This document shows, piece by piece, positions 26,808-37,330 of a DNA stretch of 64,000 nt (within the stretch, counting starts at the first letter, position 1; each line of letters opens with the position of its first letter). This stretch comes from Candidatus Latescibacterota bacterium (GTDB taxonomy: Bacteria; Latescibacterota; UBA2968; UBA8231), in NCBI GenBank assembly GCA_965248265.1, contig CBDFJF010000001.1, positions 256,001 through 320,000 of the forward strand, read 5' to 3'. A model generated the notes under the pieces. The model worked only from the letters and a program-made list of their open reading frames with translations, ran no database searches and had not been told where the DNA came from. A program made the position numbers and the translations under genes.

Positions 26808-29585
26808 ATGTCCAAGACTTCCAGTGATGGTTTAGCCCGTCTACAAAACGAAAGCAGGATTCCCGCTTCGACCTGGCGGCAGTGGTGTAATCTCTTGAAG
26901 ATGGACTCAATGGAGGCCATCGATGTGTGGGAAGAGATCTGTCACCCCATCATGATCGCCAACAGAAAAGTACCTGAAATCCCATACATCCTTCAGCTGC
27001 GCTCCCAACGGCCACAGCTCGACATTTTCGAGTTCAAAGAAGAAATCGCCAAGGTCCTGAACCTGATCACCTTTCTGTACACTCTGGACGATGAGTGTCT
27101 GGTTAAAGGCAAGGTCAAGTCGGCGTTGCTCAAGCTCTACCGCAGCATCTCCACGAAAATGAGCCCGACTGAACCCTACACAGCGTTCATCGATCGCTTC
27201 TTGATCGAAGCGTTAATGATGGTCTTGGTGACCAAGGTACTCAAGGGACCCAACATCAGTCTGGCGGGCGTATTGAAGCCTCTCGTGGAGGGTCGTGGTT
27301 CCATCGTTCAGGTCATGCGCCTTGGGACGAAGTCGTTGGGGGAGGAGCCGTACGTCGACACAGTTCGTGAATGCCTTCAGGAGCATTTTCTTGACCCCGG
27401 TGCCAAGGTTTCCTCCGGCCCAACTAATGGAGCGTCATCGACATCAACGGATGAAAATGAAGAGGATGACGATGAGGCCGACGCCGGCGTTGTTGACGAC
27501 GTAGAGGACGAAGATGATGAGTACGACGAGGATGCTGAAAACGATGATGACGACGTTGCTGACGATGATGAAGATGATGAAGATGATGACGAAGCCGATG
27601 AGGATGACGATGAGGATGCTGGAGACGAAGAAGAAGATGATGATGATGACGACGAAGACGATGGGGATGCTGGGGACGAAGAAGAAGATGATGATGAGGA
27701 GGAGGATGATGATGAAGATGATGATGAGGACGAAGACGACGATGATGATGATGATGAATACGGCGACGACGACGACGATGATGATGACGCCGACGAACCG
27801 GTCGAGATCTTTCTGCTGAAGTTCAAAACCGCTCTACACTCCATCTACGAGTTTGAGTCAGGGGTTACCGATGACGCGGAGGAGATTCCTGAAGAGGACC
27901 AGGTGCTGGAGGCGCGCCTGAAGGCGACGGCAGTCTTCGATCCGCTCCACGCATCAATACCCTCGATGGAAGAGGCGCAAAACATCGCGCGCCGAGCTGA
28001 GCTCGCACGCAGTCCCAGGAAGCTGCACAAGGTAGCGCCAGCGCCCATAGGAGGGGGCGCGAGTGCCGGCGGCGCAGGTTCCGGCGGTGGCGGTGGCGGT
28101 GGAGCTGGTGGTGGAGCCGGTGCCGCAGGCTCTGTTACCGCGGCCGTTGCCGCAGCGAAAGCCGCTTCAGCGAGCGCCAAACATCCCTCAGATGCCGTCA
28201 AACCGAGAGCCGCGCCCCGAAAGGATGGACAGGCTGAGAGCCGGGTCAACATGGACAATGTCCAGGATGTTGACATCGACGCAGCTGACTACGTGGACGC
28301 GGCCGAGGTGACGTTCAATGAGTTCAGCGAGCGCGTTCATCAGGTCTGCGGCCAACTGGCCGGTGTAGAAAAAGCGGACCAGTCGGTTTGGGCCGTGTTC
28401 ATCGACCCTGCTGGCGATATCGACAATCCATCACAGCTGGCGCGCACAATGTCGATGGAAGGAACGGACGCGTTCAAGGCCTACGCCGTTATCAAAATGG
28501 CTTCCCAGTACCTGCAACTGAAGAATCTGCTGTCCATATCCGATCAGATCCTCAAGAAGGATCGCAACTTCATGATCGAGGTTACGCAGATGTTGAATCA
28601 CGTCAATAACGCGAATAAAACCCTGCAGCCTGACAGTCGGCAGCTGGTGCCTCTGGGCAAGACCCTCGACCATGCAGCGGCATCGCTGGTCAGGCTGGAG
28701 GCTCTGAGGATCAACTACAAATTCGGCCATGAGCACGGGGATGAGTACACGAAGGACTCTGTCACCGTTTACTATGAAGAAGCTCTGCGCTCCCTGACGG
28801 ACCTGACGGACCGTGATCTGCTGGCCGCGGCCAGACAGAAGGCGGACGCCGACACCGTCCAGATGCTGAAGGTTTTCGAGGCGGCCCGCTTCGTCGATGC
28901 CGTGAAGACCACGATCCGTGACTACGTCAAGGAACTGATTGACGCGGGACAGGGGAAGTCGGCGCCGGCCGTAGGGGCGCACACCATCGCTTCTCCGATA
29001 GAATTCGAGGACGCGGAAAAGACGGACGCAGATCCCATTCCACCCGAGTTCCTCAAGCCGAGCGACCTGGGCGAAGCCTACGATGCAGTTTGCGCGCACG
29101 TTTGCACGGAAAGTTGGTCTTACATGACACCCGTGCATCAACCCGAACAGGCGATGGATGACATCAGGGCCATCGTAAGGGAGTTGATGGTGGGCGCTGC
29201 GACCTTCCAGCCAGAGAAGAAGCGCCATCAGGAGAAACCGGCAATGGCGTTCTCCGTCGTCAGCCTGGACAAGGTCTCCGGCAACGCCAACCTCAAGGAT
29301 CTGTTCGTGCGGCTCAAGGAGGATGGTGAGATCAATTTCGTCGAAGACTATGAAGATGGCTCCTTCGTCGACCTCTTCGAGTTGCGGGAGTACAAGCCGG
29401 CTCGTATCGCGACTGCCGCCAAGAAGAAAGCGGAGGCTGAGGGCACAGAGTCTCTTCAGACCGGGCGCAAGTATCTTTATACCTTAGGCCGAACCAACAA
29501 GCTCTTCGGAGAAGCCCCGGCCGATATCATCAACAGCTGTGTCCGAGATGAAAACGGCGGACCCAAAGTGTTCGTCACCTTCTGA
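26808..29585 (+). CDS. Large hypothetical cytoplasmic protein (925 aa) with a D/E-rich tract and a G/A linker
   Basis: Long ORF with host-like codon usage; no recognised domain. Confidence 0.85.
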   Translation: MSKTSSDGLARLQNESRIPASTWRQWCNLLKMDSMEAIDVWEEICHPIMIANRKVPEIPYILQLRSQRPQLDIFEFKEEIAKVLNLITFLYTLDDECLVKGKVKSALLKLYRSISTKMSPTEPYTAFIDRFLIEALMMVLVTKVLKGPNISLAGVLKPLVEGRGSIVQVMRLGTKSLGEEPYVDTVRECLQEHFLDPGAKVSSGPTNGASSTSTDENEEDDDEADAGVVDDVEDEDDEYDEDAENDDDDVADDDEDDEDDDEADEDDDEDAGDEEEDDDDDDEDDGDAGDEEEDDDEEEDDDEDDDEDEDDDDDDDEYGDDDDDDDDADEPVEIFLLKFKTALHSIYEFESGVTDDAEEIPEEDQVLEARLKATAVFDPLHASIPSMEEAQNIARRAELARSPRKLHKVAPAPIGGGASAGGAGSGGGGGGGAGGGAGAAGSVTAAVAAAKAASASAKHPSDAVKPRAAPRKDGQAESRVNMDNVQDVDIDAADYVDAAEVTFNEFSERVHQVCGQLAGVEKADQSVWAVFIDPAGDIDNPSQLARTMSMEGTDAFKAYAVIKMASQYLQLKNLLSISDQILKKDRNFMIEVTQMLNHVNNANKTLQPDSRQLVPLGKTLDHAAASLVRLEALRINYKFGHEHGDEYTKDSVTVYYEEALRSLTDLTDRDLLAAARQKADADTVQMLKVFEAARFVDAVKTTIRDYVKELIDAGQGKSAPAVGAHTIASPIEFEDAEKTDADPIPPEFLKPSDLGEAYDAVCAHVCTESWSYMTPVHQPEQAMDDIRAIVRELMVGAATFQPEKKRHQEKPAMAFSVVSLDKVSGNANLKDLFVRLKEDGEINFVEDYEDGSFVDLFELREYKPARIATAAKKKAEAEGTESLQTGRKYLYTLGRTNKLFGEAPADIINSCVRDENGGPKVFVTF
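27450..27797 (+). repeat. Low-complexity GAN repeat encoding ~116 mostly Asp/Glu residues
   Basis: GAT/GAC/GAA/GAG runs; DAGDEEEDDD unit repeated at 27615 and 27666. Confidence 0.9.
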
Positions 29586-29590
29586 TATCA

Positions 29591-30508
29591 ATGGCCCATC
29601 ACCAGTTCGAGCCGCAGCATTACTACACCGCACTCGGAAGTCACCCTCCAGTGCTGGAGGTCGCTCCCGGAGACAGCGTATCGACCACGACCGTCGACTC
29701 TCAGGGCGGTGATGCGCGCGGTCAGCAGGTGACCGAGCGCGGCAATCCCCAGACTGGACCCTTCGCGGTCAAGGGCGCAGAACCCGGCGACTGTCTTGTC
29801 GTCAAGCTGGATAGGCTCCACCCTAACCGCTCACAGGGCTATACCAGAGGTGTGGTGGCCCCAAACGTGCTGGACCCCGGGTTTGTGCCGGAGTTCGACG
29901 GCGAGGTGGAATACGTGCGCTGGTCCGTCGACACCAACGCGGGCACGGCGCAGGTGTTGGAACCTGAGGGGTTGCTGACAGGCTTTTCCCTACCGCTGGA
30001 TCCGATGGTCGGGTGCTTTGGAGTGGCCCCGCCGCAATCCCAGGCAATCTCGACTGCCACGTCCTCCACCCACGGTGGCAACATGGACTACCGCGGGTTC
30101 AGGCAGGGGGTGACCGTCCTCTTTCCGGTTTTCGCCCACGGGGCCCTGTTCTTTATCGGGGATGGACACGCGATCCAGGGCGATGGTGAGATAGTTGGCA
30201 CCGGCATCGAGATATCCTTCGACGTCACTTTCACTCTCGACCTGATCAAGGGCAAAACCATCGGCTGGCCACGCGCCGAGAGCAGTGACTACCTGATGGT
30301 CGCAGGCAACGCCAGGCCCCTGGACCAGGCCGTCCAGCATGCCACCACGGAAATGGTCCAATGGTTGCAACAGGACTTTGCTCTCGACGCCAGGGCGGCG
30401 CATGTGCTGATGGGACAGGCCGTGGAGTACGACCTGGGCAACATCTACGATCCGGCGTACACGATGATATGCAAGATGTCGAAGTCGGTGCTGGCCGGGC
30501 TCAACTAG
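29591..30508 (+). CDS. Acetamidase/formamidase family protein
   Basis: NPQTGPFAVKGAEPGD, HGGNMDY, GDGHAIQGDGEI.GTGIE. Confidence 0.9.
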   Translation: MAHHQFEPQHYYTALGSHPPVLEVAPGDSVSTTTVDSQGGDARGQQVTERGNPQTGPFAVKGAEPGDCLVVKLDRLHPNRSQGYTRGVVAPNVLDPGFVPEFDGEVEYVRWSVDTNAGTAQVLEPEGLLTGFSLPLDPMVGCFGVAPPQSQAISTATSSTHGGNMDYRGFRQGVTVLFPVFAHGALFFIGDGHAIQGDGEIVGTGIEISFDVTFTLDLIKGKTIGWPRAESSDYLMVAGNARPLDQAVQHATTEMVQWLQQDFALDARAAHVLMGQAVEYDLGNIYDPAYTMICKMSKSVLAGLN

Positions 30509-32639
30509 CGTCAGTCGAGGCGGGGCGATTCGGTTTGCGGCCGTTGTCCGATACTGGGCGATTCAACTGCAGTGGAATATCGATGTTTCGACCCTGCGCC
30601 ATGTCCATGAGAGCCGTCTGGAAATCATACGAGGGCTCATGAGGTTGCGGCCTCACCCGTCGGTAGGTGCCATCCGCCTGCAGCTGTCGCGTCTTCAGAC
30701 GATCCCCAAGGCAAAGCTGCAGGTCCCGCCACAGACGCTCCTTGTGCTTATCCTCCAAGATCGGGAACACGACCTCCACGCGGCTGCGCAGATTGCGGTT
30801 CATCCAATCGGCACTACCGGCCCAGATCTCCTGGTCTCCACCATTAGCGAAGTGGAATATCCGTGAGTGCTCCAAGTAGCGGCCGATCAGGCTGAACACC
30901 CTGATGCGGTCGCTCACGCCCGGTATACCAGGACGTAGACAGCAGATTCCGCGGACGATCAAGTCCACTTCCACTCCGGCCATGGAAGCCCGGTAGAGCG
31001 CGCGGATGACCTCCTGACTCGTAAGACCATTCATCTTGGCGATGATGGCGGCTGGTCGTCCAGCGGCGGCATGTTCGATCTCCCGGTCTATGCGCGCCAG
31101 CATCCCGTTCATCAGCGTGGTAGGGCCGACCAGCAGTTCACGAAACGATTCCGCTGAACCGGCCGTCAACAGGTTGAAGACTTCAGCGACCTCACGAGTG
31201 AGTTCCTCACGGGCCGTGAACATGCCGATGTCGGTGTAGAGACGGGCTGTGGTGTGATTGTAGTTGCCGGTGCCAAGATGGGCGTAACGGCGCAGGCCGT
31301 CTTCCTCCCGTCGCACGATCATGGACAGCTTGCAGTGTGTTTTCATCCCCACCAGGCCGTAGACGACGTGCACGCCGCTCTCCTCCAGCCGCTTTGCCCA
31401 CTCGATATTGGAGGCTTCGTCGAACCGGGCCTTCAGTTCGACGAGGACGGTCACTTCCTTGTCCTGCTGAGCGGCATCGATCAACGCACGCACGACCTCT
31501 GAATCCTCGCCCGTTCGGTACAGGGTCTGCTTTATGGCAAGGACGCGGGGATCTATCACTGCCATCCTGATGAACTCGATCACCGAGTTGAACGACTCGT
31601 AGGGATGGTGCACCAGGACATCGGCTGAGCGTATGCTGTCAAAGAGCAGGTCGGGGTCCCTGTTCAGTTGGCGCTCGACAGGTGTGTAGGGCTCGAATTT
31701 GAGGTCCGGCCGGGGAACCTCGGAGTAAATCGTCAACACTCTATTGAGGTTGACCGGTCCATCGGCGACGTAGACCTGTTCATCTTTCAGCTTGAACTGC
31801 CGCTGCAGGAAGCGGGTCAGCCGTGCCGGTGCCCCTGCCTCGATCTCCAGTCGAACCGTGTCGCCCTTGCGTCGGTTTTCCAGCGATTCGGCGATCTCGA
31901 CGAGCAGGTTGTCGGCTTCCTCCTCGTTGACGTAGAGTTCGCTGTTGCGCGTGGCCCGGAACGAGGCGGAACCGGTAACTTCGTAGCCTTCGAACAATTC
32001 GTTGAGCTGATGGGCGACGATGGCGGCGAGGGTAATCAGGTGAATGGACGAGTCTTCCGTGCTGGGTACCCGCAGAATTCTGGGCAGCACTCGCGGCACG
32101 GTGACGACTCCGAACATGGTGCCCGCGCGCTCGGATTCCAGCATGACACCGATGCACAGTGCTTTGTTCAATACCCTGGGAAACGGGTGAGCCGGGTCGA
32201 TGACGATCGGGGTCAGGATTGGTTCGAGCTCTTCCCGCCAGTACTGGGTGATGAAGGCCCTGTGCTCTTCCTGGAGATCGCCCGTATCCCAGATATGGAT
32301 CCCTTCCTGTGCCAGGGCGGGTAGCAGGTCCTCATTCCACAATCGGTAATGGCTGGCGACCGATTCGTGAGTCCTCTTTGAGATCTCCCTCAACTGCTGG
32401 TCCGGAGTAAGCCTATCGGGCCCGGTGGCACCTGCGCCACTGTCGCGCAGCTGCATAAGACCGGCCACCCGAACCTCGTAGAACTCATCCAGGTTGGAGC
32501 AGACTATTCCAAGGAACTTCACTCGCTCCAGCAGCGGGTTCCGGCGGTCTTCCGCCTCCTGCAGCACCCGGCGGTTGAAATCCAACCAGGAGAGTTCGCG
32601 ATTGATGTAGAGATCTGGTTTGGTAAGGTCGATGGTCAT
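30501..32639 (-). CDS. ppk1: Polyphosphate kinase 1
   Basis: YINRELSWLDFNRRVL, HHPYESF, ELKARFDE..NI, KTHCK, HLGTGNYN, GRYLEHSRI, SADWMNRNL. Confidence 0.97.
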   Translation of the reverse strand: MTIDLTKPDLYINRELSWLDFNRRVLQEAEDRRNPLLERVKFLGIVCSNLDEFYEVRVAGLMQLRDSGAGATGPDRLTPDQQLREISKRTHESVASHYRLWNEDLLPALAQEGIHIWDTGDLQEEHRAFITQYWREELEPILTPIVIDPAHPFPRVLNKALCIGVMLESERAGTMFGVVTVPRVLPRILRVPSTEDSSIHLITLAAIVAHQLNELFEGYEVTGSASFRATRNSELYVNEEEADNLLVEIAESLENRRKGDTVRLEIEAGAPARLTRFLQRQFKLKDEQVYVADGPVNLNRVLTIYSEVPRPDLKFEPYTPVERQLNRDPDLLFDSIRSADVLVHHPYESFNSVIEFIRMAVIDPRVLAIKQTLYRTGEDSEVVRALIDAAQQDKEVTVLVELKARFDEASNIEWAKRLEESGVHVVYGLVGMKTHCKLSMIVRREEDGLRRYAHLGTGNYNHTTARLYTDIGMFTAREELTREVAEVFNLLTAGSAESFRELLVGPTTLMNGMLARIDREIEHAAAGRPAAIIAKMNGLTSQEVIRALYRASMAGVEVDLIVRGICCLRPGIPGVSDRIRVFSLIGRYLEHSRIFHFANGGDQEIWAGSADWMNRNLRSRVEVVFPILEDKHKERLWRDLQLCLGDRLKTRQLQADGTYRRVRPQPHEPSYDFQTALMDMAQGRNIDIPLQLNRPVSDNGRKPNRPASTDAS

Positions 32640-32839
32640 GCCTCCACATTTCTGTCAAGGGAGCCAAATGTCTACAACGCAACAAGATATGTCAACAGCC
32701 AGAGGCCTCATACGGAGCCTGATTCCTGGTAATTGACAACCGAATCGACTCTCGTTTTGCTTTATCGCACGCAGTCTTGCAGGTTAACTTCCCTCAATCA
32801 TGGCGCGACGCCCAGGCAAACCTCAAACGGATCGGACAC

Positions 32840-33817
32840 ATGGCTTCAAACGCAAACATCAGAGCGAACATCGTCATACCCGGGGATGATCCCCCACAGA
32901 TAGCCGGTTCTCCCCATCTCGACCGCCTGCGGACTTTCGGGGACGTCACCCTGTACGACAACAAACCGTCTGATACTTCAGAACAGTTATCGCGGGTGGC
33001 GGATTGCGATGTCATCATCAACTCACGTGGCGCCGTCACCTGGAGACAGCAGCAGCTCAGGGAGCTACCCAAGCTACGCATGATCGCGACGTGTTCGATC
33101 GGTACCGACATGATCGACATTGATGCGGCCCGCGACCTCGATATCGTGGTGTCGAACCAGCCGGGACGTACTGCGCCCGTTGTCGCCGAGCACATGTTCG
33201 GGTTGATGTTCGCCGTGGCCAAGAGGGCTGCCTTCCAAACCGCACAGATCCGGGCAGGTCAGTGGACCCGGCGCATGAATCACATGGTGCAGGGCAAGGT
33301 CCTGGGTATCATCGGCACCGGCAACATCGGTGCCGAACTGGGAAGGTTGGGGAAAGCGATCGGCATGGAGGTGATCGCGTGGACCTTCCGCCCTTCACCT
33401 GAGCGAGCCGCGGATCTCGGGGTTCGGTTCGTAGAATTGGACGAGCTGTTGAAGACGGCGGACGTGGTCAGCCTCAATGTGGCCTTGACGGAGGACACGC
33501 ATCACATGATCGGCCAGAAGCAACTGGCGATGATGAAACCTGATGCCATATTGCTCAATGGCGCCCGCGGGGACGTCCTGGACATCGATGCGCTGGCTGA
33601 GGCACTGGTCGGCGGCCATCTCGCCGGCGCCGGACTGGATGTGTTTGCCGAAGAGCCGTTCGCCAGCGAGCACCCGATCAAAGCCTGTGAGCAGGTAGTC
33701 TTCACACCGCATGCGGCGGATCAGACGCCAGAGGGAATCGATCTGCTCAATGAAGGGGCCGTCGACAATGTCATCGCGTTCCTGGAGGGGAATCCGCGCA
33801 ATAATGTGGCGGCGTAA
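32840..33817 (+). CDS. D-isomer-specific 2-hydroxyacid dehydrogenase
   Basis: GIIGTGNIG, LLNGARG, GAGLDVF..EP, TPHAA; start at MASN. Confidence 0.9.
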   Translation: MASNANIRANIVIPGDDPPQIAGSPHLDRLRTFGDVTLYDNKPSDTSEQLSRVADCDVIINSRGAVTWRQQQLRELPKLRMIATCSIGTDMIDIDAARDLDIVVSNQPGRTAPVVAEHMFGLMFAVAKRAAFQTAQIRAGQWTRRMNHMVQGKVLGIIGTGNIGAELGRLGKAIGMEVIAWTFRPSPERAADLGVRFVELDELLKTADVVSLNVALTEDTHHMIGQKQLAMMKPDAILLNGARGDVLDIDALAEALVGGHLAGAGLDVFAEEPFASEHPIKACEQVVFTPHAADQTPEGIDLLNEGAVDNVIAFLEGNPRNNVAA

Positions 33818-33862
33818 AGCGCCTGCCCTGCAGTCGCATACGGCTGTCGCAGGGCCGTAGCG

Positions 33863-34948
33863 CTAGCGGATTGTGCGCTTGACCTCGCGTTCGAACGCCC
33901 GGATCTCCCGGGCCCCGTCGAGGACACCCAATTCGATGTGAAAGTCCCTGGTTTCGCCCGGTTGCAGGTACTCCAACATCCGACGCTTGCGGTTCCAGGC
34001 GCGACCCATCACGCTGCAATTCCCCGGTTCTATTCCCGTTACGTAAGTCCCCTTGTGGAAGTGCTGCCACTGGTTGACGATGGGGATTTCTTTGCGGGGA
34101 AACTTCCAATAGAGCCCCAGCTCCAGACGGTCGTTGATCAACCCCATGTGGACGTTGCCCTGGCGATCCGCCTTGGGACGATGGATGTAGACGTCGTCGT
34201 GCATGGTGGAGCGGGGAGCCCGTGCCACACTGTAGTCTTTGGGCTCGACCTCCTTGTCCTGCAGCCACTCCGTGCTCCTGCGGGTGTGCAGGACCAGACG
34301 CGTCCCGGCGTCGAGCAGCGGGAAGCCGGGGTTCGTATGGTAGACGATCATCAGCGGTGAGGGATCTGCCCCCAGGTTCTCGATGCGGTCGTGGATGCGG
34401 ATCGACTTCTCGCCCAGGACCGTAGAGATCTCCCGCGTCATCTCGAGGCAGGCACCGAACATGATGTTTTCGCGCATCTTGCCCCGCACACGGATGACGT
34501 AATCCTCGTCCTCCCAGTTGCTATCCGCGACAACGCCCTTGGCCGGTAAATAGGAGAGACGTCCGTGCAGCCCGAGTTCCTCATTCTCCTCCTCGGGATC
34601 GACCTCAGGATGACCGACGAAGGTCATGCCGCAGGTGGTGACCAGGCCCATAAAGGATCCCCGCATCCAGTTGAAGCCTTCGGGCTCATAGAACGCCGGC
34701 CCGACGTCGCCGGACTTGGAGCGAAAACAAAGCGACATGCCCTTGTAATGGGCGGAGGCTACATCGAGGGCCCTGCCCGGCAGAAGCGAGAAACACAGTC
34801 CTGAGGCGTTGAATACCTCGATAAGGTCGGCGCCACGTTCGTTGCCCTCGACGAGTTCAGCCCGTCGGGCCAACGCTACCTGACTCATGTCACCGACGAG
34901 ATCCGTGACTTGCTGCCTGGTGTAATTCTTGCCGAATAGTTTGGGCAT
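33863..34948 (-). CDS. Aldose 1-epimerase-like protein (DUF4432)
   Basis: GRALDV, GLVTTCG, GLHGR.S, YHTNPGFPLL, GIEPGN; start at MPKLFG with SD GAGG. Confidence 0.82.
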   Translation of the reverse strand: MPKLFGKNYTRQQVTDLVGDMSQVALARRAELVEGNERGADLIEVFNASGLCFSLLPGRALDVASAHYKGMSLCFRSKSGDVGPAFYEPEGFNWMRGSFMGLVTTCGMTFVGHPEVDPEEENEELGLHGRLSYLPAKGVVADSNWEDEDYVIRVRGKMRENIMFGACLEMTREISTVLGEKSIRIHDRIENLGADPSPLMIVYHTNPGFPLLDAGTRLVLHTRRSTEWLQDKEVEPKDYSVARAPRSTMHDDVYIHRPKADRQGNVHMGLINDRLELGLYWKFPRKEIPIVNQWQHFHKGTYVTGIEPGNCSVMGRAWNRKRRMLEYLQPGETRDFHIELGVLDGAREIRAFEREVKRTIR

Positions 34949-35193
34949 GGTGGATAACCTCTTGATAGCGGCCAGTTGTGTGCCGGTGAAGGGCGCAATA
35001 ATAGCCACCTGCCCAGAGCCACACAAGGAATCGGGAATCGCGAAACCGGTCCCGGCACGAGTCGATTGCTCAGGCTGTATTTTGTTTTTGATCTTGACAG
35101 CAGGGTACCTATCAAGGGTAATTATCACTCGACGAATGCTGTCTCACTACTGGCCGCTGCGGTGCCTTCACCAGGCAGCGGCGAAACGATGCG

Positions 35194-36516
35194 ATGAAGA
35201 AACTGATTTCCATCGAAAACCTGGCCGAGGGCATGTTTCTTGAGGCGGATGTCGTCGTCGAGGAACGCGATGGCGAGGAGCAGCGGTTTCTGGCGCCGCG
35301 AGACAGCGTCAGTACTGGCGGACAGTCAAAGCGCGCCCGGCTCACCGGCAAAATGCATGAGAAAATCGAGGCCCAGGGCGGGATCAAGATATCCTCGGAG
35401 GGTCTGGTCGAACGGTTGCGCCAGACCGGCCTGACCATGGTGTCGATTGATACCGATAAAGGCAGCGACCTGCCAGAGGATGTCAAACCGCTCACTGACC
35501 CGACTCGAAAGCCACCCCCTGAAGGTCGTCTGGTTCATTTCGACGAAGAGATCGAGCGAGCCTCTGAAATCCGCGGCGAGACCACCGAGACACTCAAGGC
35601 AGCCATGGACGACGTCGCTTCCGGCAAGGGAGTTGACGTCGAAAAGGTGAGTGAGGCCAGTATCGTGATCACGGACAGCATCATGCGCAATGTGGACGCG
35701 ATGGTCAGCCTGACGCGGATCAAGAAGCACGATCCCTACACGGCCATGCACTGCATGAATGTGTGCACCTTGGTCGTTGCCGTGGCTCAGGCCGAGGGCA
35801 TCGATGCCGGCACCCTGACGATGATCACAACCGCGACCCTGCTTCACGATGTCGGCAAGACGCGCGTGCCCCTGGAGATTTTGAACAAACCTGGCCGCTT
35901 CGAGCCCGAAGAGCTTGAAGTAATGCGCCAGCACGCGACCTACAGCGGTGATATCATGAGAGAAGGCGGTGAATTTCCCGAGGAGGCCATCGCCATCGCG
36001 ACCCAGCATCATGAGATGTTGGACGGTAGCGGCTATCCAGGGGGGCTCAAGGGCGACGAGATTCATCCGTACGCGCGCATGACAGCCGTGGCAGACGTCT
36101 ATGATGCCCTGACTGCCAAACGGGTCTACAAGCCTGCCATGCCCATGCACCAGGCCCTGATGCGAATACACAAGAACAAGGGCACGGAATTCGACGAGCA
36201 TTTTGTCGAGCTCTTTGTCAAAGCTCTCGGTGTGTACCCCATCGGCAGTCTGGTTCTGCTGAACACCAAAGAGGTGGCCGTCGTTTTCGAACCGAACCCG
36301 ACCAACTCATTCAAGCCGACCGTCGGTCTGTTGACGATGCCCAATCAAAAGCCCAGGGCGGCCCCCTTTATCTGCAACCTTTCCCGCCGGTCGGAGGCCG
36401 AGGGGCGCGAGGTGACCAAAGTCCTGGATCCTGACAAGCAGGGCGTGGACGTCGAGCAAGTCATGACGCTGATCAAGGATCGCGGAGAGCGCACCGAACG
36501 CCGCATGCGCGGATAG
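35194..36516 (+). CDS. HD-GYP phosphodiesterase with N-terminal DUF3391-like region
   Basis: YTAMHCMNV, LLHDVGK, HHEMLDGSGYP, VADVYDALT..RVYK, GVYPIGSLV. Confidence 0.9.
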   Translation: MKKLISIENLAEGMFLEADVVVEERDGEEQRFLAPRDSVSTGGQSKRARLTGKMHEKIEAQGGIKISSEGLVERLRQTGLTMVSIDTDKGSDLPEDVKPLTDPTRKPPPEGRLVHFDEEIERASEIRGETTETLKAAMDDVASGKGVDVEKVSEASIVITDSIMRNVDAMVSLTRIKKHDPYTAMHCMNVCTLVVAVAQAEGIDAGTLTMITTATLLHDVGKTRVPLEILNKPGRFEPEELEVMRQHATYSGDIMREGGEFPEEAIAIATQHHEMLDGSGYPGGLKGDEIHPYARMTAVADVYDALTAKRVYKPAMPMHQALMRIHKNKGTEFDEHFVELFVKALGVYPIGSLVLLNTKEVAVVFEPNPTNSFKPTVGLLTMPNQKPRAAPFICNLSRRSEAEGREVTKVLDPDKQGVDVEQVMTLIKDRGERTERRMRG

Positions 36517-36571
36517 CGTTCGCTGCGTCCAATCATATCCACTACCTGAACCACTGTTTCCCGCTATTAGG

Positions 36572-37330
36572 ATGACCGTCTTGTTACTGACGGCTACCGC
36601 CGCCGAGCAGGCCGAAGTGGCCGCCCGCCTGGACGATTCCGTTGTGAGACGCCGTCACGGCCGGGACCAGCGTCACGGGAGACTGGCTGGAGTACCTGTC
36701 CGACTGGTCGAGACCGGAATCGGGCTCGTGAATACGGCGCAGGCGCTGACCAGCACGCTGTCCATGGACCTACCGGACCTGGTCATCCATTTCGGTGTCG
36801 CTGGAGCGTACGGGGATTCCGGCCTCGATGTCGGCGACATCGCGGTCGCTGATTGCGAGATCTACGGCGAGCTCGGCGTGCGTACCGGTGAGGGTTGGCA
36901 AGGAGCCAAGATCATCGGTATTCCCACGGCGCGAATCGGGGCACCGGAGGTTGATCATTACAACCATTTCGCCGCAGACACCAACCTGGTGGCAGCGGCT
37001 CTTGCCCTCCTCGATCGGGATGAGACGTGGTCGACTGGTCGGCCGAGAGTAAAAGCCGGCCCGTTCGTCACCGTCCAGGAGTGCAGTGGCACAACGGCTC
37101 TGGGCGATGAGCGAGCCAAGCGGTTCGACGCCATCTGCGAGAACATGGAAGGGGCTGCCAGCGCCCACGTCTGCGCCATGGAGAGCATCCCGTTTCTGGA
37201 AGTGCGAGGAATCAGCAACCTCGTGGAGGATCGCGACCGGGATCGTTGGGAACTGGCGACAGCTTCGGCGCGGGCACAGCACGCGGTCGCGGCTCTGGTC
37301 CAGGAGTTTGCTGTTGGAGGGCTTCCATGA
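36572..37330 (+). CDS. mqnB: Futalosine hydrolase
   Basis: PNP/MTA nucleosidase fold (TGIG.VN, TVQECSGT, ENMEGAA, EVRGISN.VEDRD); coupled to mqnD. Confidence 0.85.
   Translation: MTVLLLTATAAEQAEVAARLDDSVVRRRHGRDQRHGRLAGVPVRLVETGIGLVNTAQALTSTLSMDLPDLVIHFGVAGAYGDSGLDVGDIAVADCEIYGELGVRTGEGWQGAKIIGIPTARIGAPEVDHYNHFAADTNLVAAALALLDRDETWSTGRPRVKAGPFVTVQECSGTTALGDERAKRFDAICENMEGAASAHVCAMESIPFLEVRGISNLVEDRDRDRWELATASARAQHAVAALVQEFAVGGLP

Noticed and set aside
27377-27844. Poly-Ser and poly-Met ORFs
   Set aside because: Alternate-frame readings of the GAT/GAC acidic tract
35052-35070. sigma54 promoter upstream of the HD-GYP gene
   Set aside because: GG to GC spacing is 12 nt, not the required 10
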